DNA of 43,883 nt from positions 1 to 43,883 of IMG/VR virus record IMGVR_UViG_3300033076_000818, one strand, 5' to 3'. Under the pieces are notes generated by a model, which was not told the origin of the DNA, made no database searches, and saw nothing but the letters and a program-made list of their open reading frames with translations. A program made the translations under genes and the position numbers. Shown piece after piece: positions 34,166-42,848 of this stretch. Source of the stretch: a virus (lineage: Duplodnaviria > Caudoviricetes). Position 1 is the first letter of the stretch. Each line of letters opens with the position of its first letter.

Positions 34166-34371
34166 CCCGCTACACCTTCGACCCGCGCCCCGACTGGAAG
34201 CCGCGCAAGTCTCAGCGCGACATGCAAATCGGCATCGTCGACACGATGGGCCAGTTCATGCAGCTTCGCGCGGCCAAGATCATTGGGCCGGTGGAGCACG
34301 CGGAGGCCGTTCGGGCGGCGGCGAAAGCCTACTGCGACACGCTGAACCAAACGCATGGGGCGAAGCCATGA
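34162..34371 (+). CDS. Hypothetical protein
   Basis: Coupled at both ends. Confidence 0.65.
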   Translation: MTRYTFDPRPDWKPRKSQRDMQIGIVDTMGQFMQLRAAKIIGPVEHAEAVRAAAKAYCDTLNQTHGAKP

Positions 34372-34619
34372 GCTGCTTCGACCTCCCGCCGCCAACGCAC
34401 TGGCTGGTTGACGGCGCCGTCGCGTGCGGTGCCGCGCTGACCCCGCGTCAACACGAACTGCGCACGACCGAGGACGGCTCCGACGGCCGCTTGGTGACGT
34501 GCCGCAAGTGCATCGTGGCCATCCGTAAGCGCATTGGAGTGATGGCCGACCCGGCTACCGAGGCCGAGGAGGACTACGTGCGCAAGCTGGAGAACCTTTA
34601 CTGGGTGAGGGGCCAATGA
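34368..34619 (+). CDS. Hypothetical Zn-binding protein
   Basis: H...ACG...VTCRKC; coupled at both ends. Confidence 0.65.
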   Translation: MSCFDLPPPTHWLVDGAVACGAALTPRQHELRTTEDGSDGRLVTCRKCIVAIRKRIGVMADPATEAEEDYVRKLENLYWVRGQ

Positions 34620-34780
34620 CCTTCTGGCGTCGCCAAGAACGGCGCAGGTTGAGCGATCTACAGGGCGAGGTATCGCCGGTAGCCCCCTACCGAGATCGTG
34701 CCGCATTCGGGCCGGGAGCGGCCTTTATCGCGGTCCTGCTGTTGCTGCTGTGGGCTTTCTGTGTGGGAGGTGGCAAGTGA
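34616..34780 (+). CDS. Small membrane protein (54 aa)
   Basis: ATGA start overlap, C-terminal AFIAVLLLLWAFCV, GTGA end overlap; not in ORF track. Confidence 0.55.
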   Translation: MTFWRRQERRRLSDLQGEVSPVAPYRDRAAFGPGAAFIAVLLLLLWAFCVGGGK

Positions 34781-35520
34781 CGAGTATTCCACAGGCTGTG
34801 GAGTCTAAGGGGGTAGGGGGATTCTGTACTCTCTCTCCTTCTGTAGTGAGTGAGAGAGTGAATCATTCACTCATTCACAACCAGAGTGAAGAGGGTGTAG
34901 GTACGGTACTGCTGGCGCTGGGAGTGTTCTCGCTGTCGACGCCGCGACGCGAGGCCCTTGCCTCCGAGATCGCATCGGCCGGCATCACTGGCCAGCAGCT
35001 GCGCGGCCTTGAGTCCTACATCCACGAGGGGGAGCCCGACGCCGGCAAGGCCCGCCGGTTCCTCACCGCGATCGTCTGCGACATGCAGAAGCTACGGGAC
35101 GCCGTGGATGGCCTAGCCAAGTTCCGAGCCATGAACCAGCACTCCGCCCAAGAGAAGAAGGACGACGGCCCCGAGCACATCTTCAACATGCCCATCGGCA
35201 CGCCGTCGTGCCCTTGCCATACGTGCCGGGACCATCGGCAGGCGTTGGCGCAGGAGCCGTGGGACCACGACAGCAAGTGCGACCTTGCGGCCTGCCTTGC
35301 CGGCGGCGATCGCTGGTCCATCGAGCGGATCGCGAAGCACTTCGACGTGACCGAGACGACGGCGCGGGCGATGGTCGATCGCGGGAACGTGCTCAAGGGC
35401 GCGCGGCAGGACAAGCCCAAGAAGAAGGCGAAAGAGGACACGACGCACGAGGACCGCTGCAAGCAGTTCCGCGAGGCTCCGAGGTCCGAGCGGCTACGGC
35501 TACTCAAGGGGGGTGCGTGA
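34777..35520 (+). CDS. Putative replication-related protein containing an origin-like AT-rich segment
   Basis: GGAGGTG RBS; low-complexity AT-rich DNA in first ~45 codons; C-terminal CxCxxC and HTH-like WSIERIAKHFDVTETTARAMVDRG. Confidence 0.5.
   Translation: MTSIPQAVESKGVGGFCTLSPSVVSERVNHSLIHNQSEEGVGTVLLALGVFSLSTPRREALASEIASAGITGQQLRGLESYIHEGEPDAGKARRFLTAIVCDMQKLRDAVDGLAKFRAMNQHSAQEKKDDGPEHIFNMPIGTPSCPCHTCRDHRQALAQEPWDHDSKCDLAACLAGGDRWSIERIAKHFDVTETTARAMVDRGNVLKGARQDKPKKKAKEDTTHEDRCKQFREAPRSERLRLLKGGA
34789..34886. repeat. Palindromes TCCACAG-G-CTGTGGA and GAGTGAAT-C-ATTCACTC (site B), candidate origin
   Basis: Perfect 8-bp arms at 34856-34872; related to site A at 4200-4240. Confidence 0.6.
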
Positions 35521-35990
35521 TGGACAGTCTACCTTCGGATCTCCTGACGCTTCGTGAGGCAGTTTTTGTAAGCCCGGGCTTATCCGTGGGCACGCTTCGC
35601 CAGTGGATCTACACCGGCAAGGGCGGCGTCTACCTGCGCACTTACCGAGCGCCGGGAGAGCCCCACATTGTTAGGGTCTCTCGCGCCGATGTTGAGAATT
35701 GGGCGAACCGGTCACGGTCAAACGGCCTTCGAGTTCACGCGACGACTCCTGCAGAGCAGCGCGTCCGATCCGATCGGGGTCGGTCTGAGCGCGCGGCGCT
35801 CACTATCGGCGGCACTGCCTACGGAGAGTTGAAGCTGGTGGCCCAAGCAATTGCCAGGCGGCTCGGCATGTCCAGCATAAACCTGACTGATGCTGTTCGC
35901 ATCGCGATCAGTGAGCAGCTTCGGCGCGAATCGACTCGGCCGAAATCGCTTAAGGACAACGAAGCGGATGTCGGCGAGGGTGACGCATGA
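35520..35990 (+). CDS. DNA-binding protein (excisionase-like HTH plus RHH-like C-terminus)
   Basis: DLLTLREA...LSVGTLRQWI...RVSRADVENW; C-terminal NLTDAVRIAI. Confidence 0.65.
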   Translation: MDSLPSDLLTLREAVFVSPGLSVGTLRQWIYTGKGGVYLRTYRAPGEPHIVRVSRADVENWANRSRSNGLRVHATTPAEQRVRSDRGRSERAALTIGGTAYGELKLVAQAIARRLGMSSINLTDAVRIAISEQLRRESTRPKSLKDNEADVGEGDA

Positions 35991-36184
35991 CCTGTAGAGC
36001 CGCAAAAACGCCACGGACGGCGTTCCAGTGGTTGCAGTCCCGCCTGTTTGGCGACATCGGATACCGGCGTCAGCCCAAGGGCTCCCGTGCGAGGTCTGGC
36101 CAATGGTGGCGGCGCCCTCACAAGGTCCGGCTCTGCAAGATCCAGCGGACCAAATACCCGTGGCATGCGCGAGGTGACGCATGA
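35987..36184 (+). CDS. Arg-rich peptide with SGQWWRRP; paralog of 702..851
   Basis: Flanked by two GGTGACGCATGA junctions. Confidence 0.75.
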   Translation: MTCRAAKTPRTAFQWLQSRLFGDIGYRRQPKGSRARSGQWWRRPHKVRLCKIQRTKYPWHARGDA

Positions 36185-36393
36185 AGCTCGCCACCCACCC
36201 GTGCAAGAACTGCGGCGCCCCCGTCGCGCCGATCACCGCCGAGGATAGCAACGGCGCCGTCTACACGATCCACGTCGACCCGTCGGTGCCCATCTTCTAC
36301 CGGCAGCCGGACGGCGAGGGCTCGATCTTCTGGAGTCAAGACCGCAGCGGCGAGGCTGTGGCGCGGCATCTGTGCCTGAGGAGGGGGCAATGA
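36181..36393 (+). CDS. Small Zn-ribbon protein
   Basis: CKNC...HLC; coupled. Confidence 0.65.
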   Translation: MKLATHPCKNCGAPVAPITAEDSNGAVYTIHVDPSVPIFYRQPDGEGSIFWSQDRSGEAVARHLCLRRGQ

Positions 36394-36893
36394 AGAACTA
36401 CGGACCCATCGGAGTTGCGGAGCGCGCATCCAACGACCGCAAGCGCAATCGCGATGTCTGCAAGCGCGGCCACGATTTGACCTTGCCGGGCGCGGTGACC
36501 ATCCGCATCGGCGGCAACGGCCGGCCGTTTCGGCGCTGTTCCGTCTGCCGCGACGCCGAGATCGCCCGCTTCCGTGACGCCACGCGAGCCAACGCAACAC
36601 ACTGCGTCAAGGGTCACGACCTGACCGCTCCGAATGGCAAGACGGCGAGGGGATCGTGCAGCGTGTGCGCGGCGGCGACGAAGCGGGCTTTCGCGGTCAA
36701 CACCGAGCGCCAGCGCAGCCGTCAGCGGCCGAACATGAGCCGATGGTTGAACTCCATCGACGCGCGGCTGCTGGAGATGGTCGGCAAGCGAGAGCTGTGC
36801 GGCAGCGCCATGGAGCGCGCCGAGTTCGACGCCGAGTGGGATCAGCTGATGTGCTGGAAGAAGCAGGCGAGCAAGGGGGCGAGCGAAGCATGA
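36390..36893 (+). CDS. Tandem C-x2-GH...CxxC Zn-finger protein (HNH-associated type, no nuclease core seen)
   Basis: CKRGHDLT...RRCSVC and THCVKGHDLT...SCSVC. Confidence 0.7.
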   Translation: MKNYGPIGVAERASNDRKRNRDVCKRGHDLTLPGAVTIRIGGNGRPFRRCSVCRDAEIARFRDATRANATHCVKGHDLTAPNGKTARGSCSVCAAATKRAFAVNTERQRSRQRPNMSRWLNSIDARLLEMVGKRELCGSAMERAEFDAEWDQLMCWKKQASKGASEA

Positions 36894-37114
36894 GAGACAA
36901 CGCGAAGTGCGCCGGCAACGGCTGCCCGGTTCGGGAGACGTGCGACCGCTTCGTGCGGCCGGCGGTCGACGGGCAGGAGTGGGGCGAGCCAAGCGTGCTG
37001 TTCCGCCGCACGCAGGGCTTGTGGCCGTCGAGGGCTGAGATGATTTGTCTTGACCACGTCCCGCTGCCTGTGCAGCCGCACGGCGGGGCGAGCGAGGAGG
37101 GCGACGCATGCTGA
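36890..37114 (+). CDS. Cys-rich phage protein
   Basis: MRDNAKCAGNGCPVRETCDRF pattern. Confidence 0.65.
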   Translation: MRDNAKCAGNGCPVRETCDRFVRPAVDGQEWGEPSVLFRRTQGLWPSRAEMICLDHVPLPVQPHGGASEEGDAC

Positions 37115-37314
37115 TCCTCATCGCCGTGTTTGTGGTCTTCTGTGGGATGCTTGGCGCCTCGCACGAAGGAAGCCAAGGGCGAAGCGCATGGGCTGGCTTC
37201 TGGGAGGGCGCGATGGGCGGAGCCATTTTGCTCGCCTGGGGGGCCTGCGCTGGCGGCGCGATAGTAGCGAGCGTCTGGGCCATGGAGTACCTATTCGGAG
37301 GTGGCGCATGCTGA
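37108..37314 (+). CDS. Small two-TM membrane protein
   Basis: GAGGAGG RBS; two hydrophobic helices. Confidence 0.65.
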   Translation: MLILIAVFVVFCGMLGASHEGSQGRSAWAGFWEGAMGGAILLAWGACAGGAIVASVWAMEYLFGGGAC

Positions 37315-37787
37315 TCCTCGGCATTGACCCAGGTAGCACGACCGGCTGGTGCCTCTACGACTCCGAGGCGAAGCGCGTCGAGGACTGCGGCACGTTCAAA
37401 GAGACCAACGCTCCTCAAGGACTCGTTGACGATTCGCGGCACGACTACTGCGTCATTGAGCGCCCTGTCGCGTACGGCCCAACGCGCCCGCAGGTAGTCG
37501 ACTGTGCGTGGTACGCAGGCCAGTTGGCCATCGTCATGCAGGCGATCCCGATGACGCGGCGCGAGGTCAAGCAGCTGCTGACCGAGGCGACGAACCGTGA
37601 CGTGCGCGTGGTCGACGACGCCAGCGCATGGGCGGCCTTGGTGCTGCTGCACGGCGAAGGCTCCGACGTGAAGCCGACGAAGAAGCGCGAGGGCGGATGC
37701 ATCGGCCGCGTTACCGGAGACGAGCGCGCGGCGTTGGCGTTGGTGGTGGCGTGGGCGATTGCCAACGGGCACTGGAACGCGAAGTAA
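37308..37787 (+). CDS. RuvC-like Holliday junction resolvase
   Basis: MLILGIDPGSTTGW, VIERP, DERAALALV; GGAGGTG RBS. Confidence 0.85.
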   Translation: MLILGIDPGSTTGWCLYDSEAKRVEDCGTFKETNAPQGLVDDSRHDYCVIERPVAYGPTRPQVVDCAWYAGQLAIVMQAIPMTRREVKQLLTEATNRDVRVVDDASAWAALVLLHGEGSDVKPTKKREGGCIGRVTGDERAALALVVAWAIANGHWNAK

Positions 37788-37851
37788 GCGAAACAACCGC
37801 CGCGCAGTGGCCCGAGCGCGGTGGGCAACCAAGGGGCCGCAGGCAAGAACA

Positions 37852-38358
37852 ATGATCCTAGAACACGGCAAGCCGTACGGAGAGGGCGCTACGGTCAACG
37901 TCGACGACGCTCTCCTTGATCGTATCGAATCCATCGCCAAGAAGGCCACGCCTGGCCCATGGCGCAACCTCTGCAACGAGTGGAATCAAGCTCAACAGGA
38001 CTACTACAAGCGCCACGGGATGCACTACCACGGGCACGTTCGCGGGGCGAGGCGTCAAAGCGCCAAGCACTGCGCCACCCTGATCGTTCGCGACAGCTTC
38101 CAAGGGCAGCCAATCCAGATGAAGGACTGGAAAGGTTACCCCGACTACTACGACCTCAAGCGCATCATTGCCGAGCCTGCGGACGCGATGTTCCACACTC
38201 GGCGTACGCACGTCATGGCCGAGGGAACCACGTGGGATGACTTGCCTGAAGGCCGCGCCAACGCCGACCTGATCGCGCTGTGTAATCCGGCGACGATGCT
38301 CGCTCTTGTCAAGGCGCTGCGCGATGCGCGCAGAGGAGGTGGAGATGCCAAGGCGTGA
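37852..38358 (+). CDS. Ead/Ea22-like protein
   Basis: IAKKATPGPW...ANADLIALCNPATMLALV. Confidence 0.75.
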   Translation: MILEHGKPYGEGATVNVDDALLDRIESIAKKATPGPWRNLCNEWNQAQQDYYKRHGMHYHGHVRGARRQSAKHCATLIVRDSFQGQPIQMKDWKGYPDYYDLKRIIAEPADAMFHTRRTHVMAEGTTWDDLPEGRANADLIALCNPATMLALVKALRDARRGGGDAKA

Positions 38359-38629
38359 GCGGGAGTGCGTCTTGTGCGGCGAGAAGCCAACGGCGAAGCC
38401 TCTACAGGTCCGCTCCGTGGTGGATCTGGCGAAGGAGCCGCTCCCATCGCGGGCAGAGGAGGCAATTGGGTTGCTTTGCCAGGCGATCCGCTGCCTGCAA
38501 CGGAACTACGAGGGGGCAGCGTGGCGGATCGCTGACGCCCTGTTCTTGGTGGGCCAAAAGTGGCCGCATGCGCACGGCATCGCAGAGCCGACTGGGCGCG
38601 GTGCGATGCTGAAGGTGGCGGATAAGTGA
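38345..38629 (+). CDS. Hypothetical protein
   Basis: GGAGGTG RBS; CVLC motif. Confidence 0.6.
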   Translation: MPRRERECVLCGEKPTAKPLQVRSVVDLAKEPLPSRAEEAIGLLCQAIRCLQRNYEGAAWRIADALFLVGQKWPHAHGIAEPTGRGAMLKVADK

Positions 38630-38709
38630 CCGCCTGCCCCCACTGCCGCCGCCCGCGCCAGGAGTGCGCCGCCCCGGATGCGTGCGCGGTGTGCGGGTGC
38701 GGGGCGTGC

Positions 38710-38916
38710 CTAGCGTTTCGGGAGCGAGGCGCGCAGCACCTTGACGCTGACCCGCAGGGCCTTGGCCAGCTTGTTGGCGGTGGTGACCCGGACCGAGGCG
38801 ACCTCTCCGCGCCGGATCTTGCGCAGGCCAAGCGGGGTGATGCCAGCCAGCTTACAGAGCTCGCGGAGGCTAAGTCCACGATCGTCGATGAGTTGTTGCA
38901 GGGTCTTGGCGACCAT
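38710..38916 (-). CDS. Cro/C1-type HTH regulator (68 aa)
   Basis: LQQLIDDRGLSLRELCKLAGITPLGLRKIRRG; TACCCT -10-like box 7 nt before ATG. Confidence 0.85.
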   Translation of the reverse strand: MVAKTLQQLIDDRGLSLRELCKLAGITPLGLRKIRRGEVASVRVTTANKLAKALRVSVKVLRASLPKR

Positions 38917-38956
38917 GGCGCGCAGGGTAGCAAAAGGAAACTTGAGAAACCAGTGA

Positions 38957-38993
38957 ATCGGCGTTTGACTCCTGCCGATGTATCCTTTAGTAA
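38957..38993 (+). promoter_or_regulatory. Rightward promoter with operator-like inverted repeat
   Basis: TTGACT (38965-38970), 17 bp, TAGTAA; ATCGGC/GCCGAT (38957-38962/38974-38979) brackets the -35; AT-rich divergent region. Confidence 0.5.
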
Positions 38994-39087
38994 CCCACAA
39001 GTCGAACAAGAAAGCCCCGGCCGCTGCCTCACTTTCCACGGCGTAGCAGCAACCGGGGCAAGCCCTCAACCGGAAGGAAGAGAACCG

Positions 39088-39540
39088 ATGCCCACACTAC
39101 TACCCGCGCCCGTCTCGGCGCAACTCCTGATTGACCTGACCACGCTGACCCTGCCGCAGCTGGTCGAGTCCGCCGACGAAGTTCTCGGCCACCCCGACGA
39201 GCCAGGCCAGATCGCATGGGCCGAAGACTGCGGCATCGCCTGGACGATGCACGGCGTCGCGGTCGTGGACGTTCCCGGCTTCGTCGAGATGTGGGGCCTG
39301 CCGGTGACGCACGCCCGCGCGGCCGAGATCAAGCGCGCGGCTCGCAAGGGCCAAGCTGTCCCGCTGCTGGCGACGATGACGGCGAAGGACTGCCGAGACG
39401 AAGTCTACCGCGCCCAGGACCGCGCCGAGTTGATCGCCGAACACGGCGGCTCCTGCGACTGCCGCGACTGCTACGACATGCGCCCGCTGGCGGACGTGGG
39501 CGACCTCAAGTTCATCGCGGCGGTGGGAGGTGCCTCGTGA
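39088..39540 (+). CDS. Hypothetical protein, first gene of second early operon
   Basis: GGAAGGAAG purine tract before ATG; CDCRDC motif. Confidence 0.7.
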   Translation: MPTLLPAPVSAQLLIDLTTLTLPQLVESADEVLGHPDEPGQIAWAEDCGIAWTMHGVAVVDVPGFVEMWGLPVTHARAAEIKRAARKGQAVPLLATMTAKDCRDEVYRAQDRAELIAEHGGSCDCRDCYDMRPLADVGDLKFIAAVGGAS

Positions 39541-39770
39541 CTCCCGCCCAACTGCGCGCCGAGCTTGGGTTGTTGGCCCACCGAACTGCGTCTTTGCACA
39601 TGCAACTTGCATCCGACCAAACGAGCGCTTTGGCGATCTGCGTTGCCTCCAACTTGGAGGATGCGCTGGTCTCGCTTCGGCTGGCGTGTCAAGCAGCTGG
39701 CGTGCAGCTGGTCGCGCAACTGACCGACGCCGACCGAGCGCAGGCCGACGAGGCCGGGAGGCGCGCGTGA
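39537..39770 (+). CDS. Hypothetical protein
   Basis: GGAGGTG RBS, GTGA coupling. Confidence 0.6.
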   Translation: MTPAQLRAELGLLAHRTASLHMQLASDQTSALAICVASNLEDALVSLRLACQAAGVQLVAQLTDADRAQADEAGRRA

Positions 39771-40057
39771 GCGACCAGCAATGGACGCCGTGGCCCGAGG
39801 TGTTCAACGCCGGCACGGTCGACGAAAACGAGGCGTGGGTGGCTTTGTCTGCAGCCGAGGACTTCATCGAAACCGTGTCGGCGTTCTCGGCCTACTTCCG
39901 GCGCGAGTTCGTCACCGGCTACCGGCGGTGCGGCGACAGCTTCGAGTTTTTGATGCCGGAATCGTGCGGGGGGCCACGAAAGCTCGTCATGCGGGCTTGG
40001 TTCGACGGCGACGAGGACTCGGTGCGTTGCACGCGAGTGGAGGTGCGCCGTGGGTGA
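39767..40057 (+). CDS. Hypothetical protein
   Basis: GGAGG RBS, GTGA coupling. Confidence 0.6.
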   Translation: MSDQQWTPWPEVFNAGTVDENEAWVALSAAEDFIETVSAFSAYFRREFVTGYRRCGDSFEFLMPESCGGPRKLVMRAWFDGDEDSVRCTRVEVRRG

Positions 40058-40658
40058 CATCTGCATGAACTGCTTCAGGTCGCCTGAGCGCTGCCAGTGC
40101 GAGTGCGGCTTCGTCGAGTTTGCTGATCGAGTCGAGAGGGGCGGCCCGAGCGAAGACTGGATTATCGCCGACCTTCGCGAGCAGCTTGCGACGACCAGGG
40201 CCGAACTGGAGCAGCAGCGCACGCGCGCGGAGGCGGCGGAGCAGGAGTTGCGCATGGTCTCCGAGGCGTTCAAACGCCACATGGCGGAAGGGCGCAGCAA
40301 GCCCGAGGTCCGCGTTGCCGAGGCGAACGCCCTGAGCGCGTTGTTCGATGATGTCACGGCGCGCAACAAGCTCGCCGCCATCCGCGCGCACCTCGCGGGC
40401 GTGGACGTGAAGCGTATTGCTGAGACCGTGGCCGCTGCCGCTCCTGGTGAGTGGAAGCGTTGCACGGCCAGCGACGGCGCGTGCGTGTGTGGGCTCGTCT
40501 GGAACTTGGGCGGCGACTACGTGGTGGCCGCATTCCACGGCAACGACGAGAACGCCAACGCCGACGCGCACGACCACCGCAACGCAGACGCAGCGGTCGC
40601 CTTGCACAACGCAGCCTCGGCCCTACTCGCCGCCGCGCGGGAGGCGCTGGAGCCATGA
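40050..40658 (+). CDS. Coiled-coil plus Ead/Ea22-like protein
   Basis: AAAAPGEW...NADAAVALHNAASALL. Confidence 0.7.
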   Translation: MGDICMNCFRSPERCQCECGFVEFADRVERGGPSEDWIIADLREQLATTRAELEQQRTRAEAAEQELRMVSEAFKRHMAEGRSKPEVRVAEANALSALFDDVTARNKLAAIRAHLAGVDVKRIAETVAAAAPGEWKRCTASDGACVCGLVWNLGGDYVVAAFHGNDENANADAHDHRNADAAVALHNAASALLAAAREALEP

Positions 40659-40822
40659 GCCGACTACTTCTCTGCGCGGTGCTGGTGGCCATGCTCGCCA
40701 ACGTCGGCGTTTGCGTGTGGGCGATCATCATGAACGACCCGCGCTCGTTCGCGACAAGCGGCTGCATCGCGGTCGTTCTTGGCTTCCAAGCGGTTTCCGA
40801 GATGGAGCGGAGGAAGCCATGA
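40655..40822 (+). CDS. Small two-TM protein
   Basis: ATGA coupling; hydrophobic. Confidence 0.6.
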   Translation: MSRLLLCAVLVAMLANVGVCVWAIIMNDPRSFATSGCIAVVLGFQAVSEMERRKP

Positions 40823-40935
40823 GCCGCCGCAACCGACCCCCCGTGGCCCTGACCATCATCGCCATCGCCCTAGTCGTCGGCGCGTTCCTGCTCGACGGCT
40901 GGGTCAACTTCCAGCTCTACGGAGGCCAGCAGTGA
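40819..40935 (+). CDS. Small single-TM peptide (38 aa)
   Basis: GGAGG RBS; coupled at both ends. Confidence 0.55.
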   Translation: MSRRNRPPVALTIIAIALVVGAFLLDGWVNFQLYGGQQ

Positions 40936-41195
40936 CCAAGCAGAAAGAACCGTGGCGCGGCCTGACCCTTGGATGGGGACAGTCGCATCTCCTCATGCTC
41001 GTCGAAGGGTTCGCTGCCTCGTGCAACGTCACGCTGGAGCCGTGGCCGTTCGTCAAGATTTGGGAGTTGGCCAAGCTTTACGAGGTCAAGCCCAGTGGCA
41101 AGCCCGAGGACGTTGCACGCTTCCTTGCCAGGTTCGACGAGCACTTCGCGCCGAGTGGCTACGGCAAGAAAGGGAACTGCGAGGTGAGCAAGTGA
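40932..41195 (+). CDS. Hypothetical protein
   Basis: GGAGG RBS, GTGA coupling. Confidence 0.6.
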   Translation: MTKQKEPWRGLTLGWGQSHLLMLVEGFAASCNVTLEPWPFVKIWELAKLYEVKPSGKPEDVARFLARFDEHFAPSGYGKKGNCEVSK

Positions 41196-42043
41196 CCGCC
41201 CGCATCGTCGACATCCCGTTTGCCGAGTATCTGGCGCACCCCGCGTTCGGCTCGTCCGACCTCCGCGCGTTCCGCATCGGGCCGCCTGCCCGCGTTACGT
41301 GGGGCAAGGCGAACCGCACCGAGTCGACGCACGCCATGAAGTTCGGCACCGGCACGCATTGCCGCATGCTGACGCGGGCGCTGTTCGAGCGCGAACTGTT
41401 CGACCGCACCTACATCGTCCGTCCGCAGGATGACCGTGGCAACTTCCGCACGAAGGTCGGCAAGGCGTGGCGTGACGAGCAGCTTGCAGCCGGCCGTGTG
41501 ATCCTGACCGCCGAGGAACTGGATGGCCTGCGCGGCGCCAGCGACTCGGCTGCGGCCAAGGTCGGCGAGTGCTTGGACCTGAGCAACGCCGAGAAGTCCA
41601 TCTTCTGGGAGGCTGACGGCATCCAGTGCAAGTGCCGTCCGGACTGGTTCCGCGACGGCGAGGCGGTCTACGACCTCAAGGTCACGCACATGGCCGACAA
41701 GCCGTTCCGTGCGCTGATGTTCGGTGCCTACAACGCCGGCTGGACGCACCAGCTCGCGCACAACCGCGCCGGGCTCGCTGCTGCCGGCGTCACCGTGAAG
41801 GTGGGGCGGCTCGTCGTCGTGTCGCCGAACGCGCCGCACTTCGCGCATCTGCTTGAGGTGTCCGAGAACGACTTGGACTTCCTCGAGCTGGACAACGCCA
41901 ACACGCGCAAGGGCATGGCCGCTTGCGTTCGTGCCAACCACTGGCCGGGGACTCCCGACAAGTGGCAACAACTGGAGCTGCCGGCGTCGGCAGCATTCAC
42001 CGAGACCGACTTGGAAGGCGCAGAGGAGGCGCTACCGCTGTGA
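41192..42043 (+). CDS. RecE-like PD-(D/E)XK exonuclease (DUF3799 type)
   Basis: EYLAHPAFGSSDL, MKFGTGTH, AEKSIFW, CKCRPDW, VYDLKVT. Confidence 0.88.
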   Translation: MTARIVDIPFAEYLAHPAFGSSDLRAFRIGPPARVTWGKANRTESTHAMKFGTGTHCRMLTRALFERELFDRTYIVRPQDDRGNFRTKVGKAWRDEQLAAGRVILTAEELDGLRGASDSAAAKVGECLDLSNAEKSIFWEADGIQCKCRPDWFRDGEAVYDLKVTHMADKPFRALMFGAYNAGWTHQLAHNRAGLAAAGVTVKVGRLVVVSPNAPHFAHLLEVSENDLDFLELDNANTRKGMAACVRANHWPGTPDKWQQLELPASAAFTETDLEGAEEALPL

Positions 42044-42516
42044 TGGATCTACCGGAACCGACTGCTTACAAGGGTGTTCACCGAATCGCCAGCGACTCAC
42101 CTTGGCTGGCCGCTGACGACTTGCCCGACGACAAGGACACCATCGTCACCATTGAGGCGGTGAACCTGCGCCGCGACGTGACCATGGATGCTGGCCGCAA
42201 GAAGGACGTGGCCTTGTCGCTTCGCTTCGTTGGCAAGAAGCGCGAGTTGATGCTCAACGCCACGAACCGCAAGACCCTGACGTTGCTGTCGGGGTCAGCG
42301 AAGTGCGAGGCGTGGTACGGGATGACCATTGCTCTGTTCAAGGCGCAGGGCGTTCGCCGCCCCGACAAGACCAAGGGGCCAGCCATCCGCATCCGGCCGA
42401 GGCACGTCAAGAACGGTGCGTTGGTCGAGGACCAGCCATCCGAGCCGCAGCAACCGCAAGTCGAGCCCGAGTTCCGTGGCGACGCCGAGAGCACGGGCGG
42501 GGACGGTGGAGCATGA
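42043..42516 (+). CDS. Conserved phage protein, putative ssDNA-binding partner of the exonuclease
   Basis: WLAADDL...VTIEAV...LRFVGKKRELMLNATN...W.G..I.LF pattern; acidic tail. Confidence 0.6.
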   Translation: MDLPEPTAYKGVHRIASDSPWLAADDLPDDKDTIVTIEAVNLRRDVTMDAGRKKDVALSLRFVGKKRELMLNATNRKTLTLLSGSAKCEAWYGMTIALFKAQGVRRPDKTKGPAIRIRPRHVKNGALVEDQPSEPQQPQVEPEFRGDAESTGGDGGA

Positions 42517-42848
42517 CGAACGAACTGACGAACGAAAGGCTGCGCGAGATGCCCAAGATCGCCAATGCCACCGGCAACTTCCTTGTGCGTGACCTTTCCG
42601 CCGAGCTGCTGGTCAAGCGGCAGGAGGTCGCCCGCCTCGCGTCCAGCCTCGCCGCCGTGGAGCGGCAGCGGGACGAGTTGGCCCAGCGCCTGCACGATCT
42701 GGCGAAGTGGGCGCGCGTGCATGCGAAGGACGGCGAGCGTTGGCAGTTCGATCAACTGTCGGTGTGGCGTTGCGTGGCAACCGAGCTGCGTAGTGCCGCG
42801 TCGCTGGCCGCCCAGCCGCAGGCCGAGCCGGCCGAAGGGGGTGCGTGA
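42513..42848 (+). CDS. Coiled-coil early protein
   Basis: MTNELTNERLRE...ELLVKRQEVARL; coupled. Confidence 0.65.
   Translation: MTNELTNERLREMPKIANATGNFLVRDLSAELLVKRQEVARLASSLAAVERQRDELAQRLHDLAKWARVHAKDGERWQFDQLSVWRCVATELRSAASLAAQPQAEPAEGGA

Noticed and set aside
38626-39087. N-terminal extension of ORF 38626..39540
   Set aside because: Runs antisense through a clear HTH gene and across a promoter; ATG 39088 is the better start, though a short Cys-rich gene remnant at 38626 is possible.
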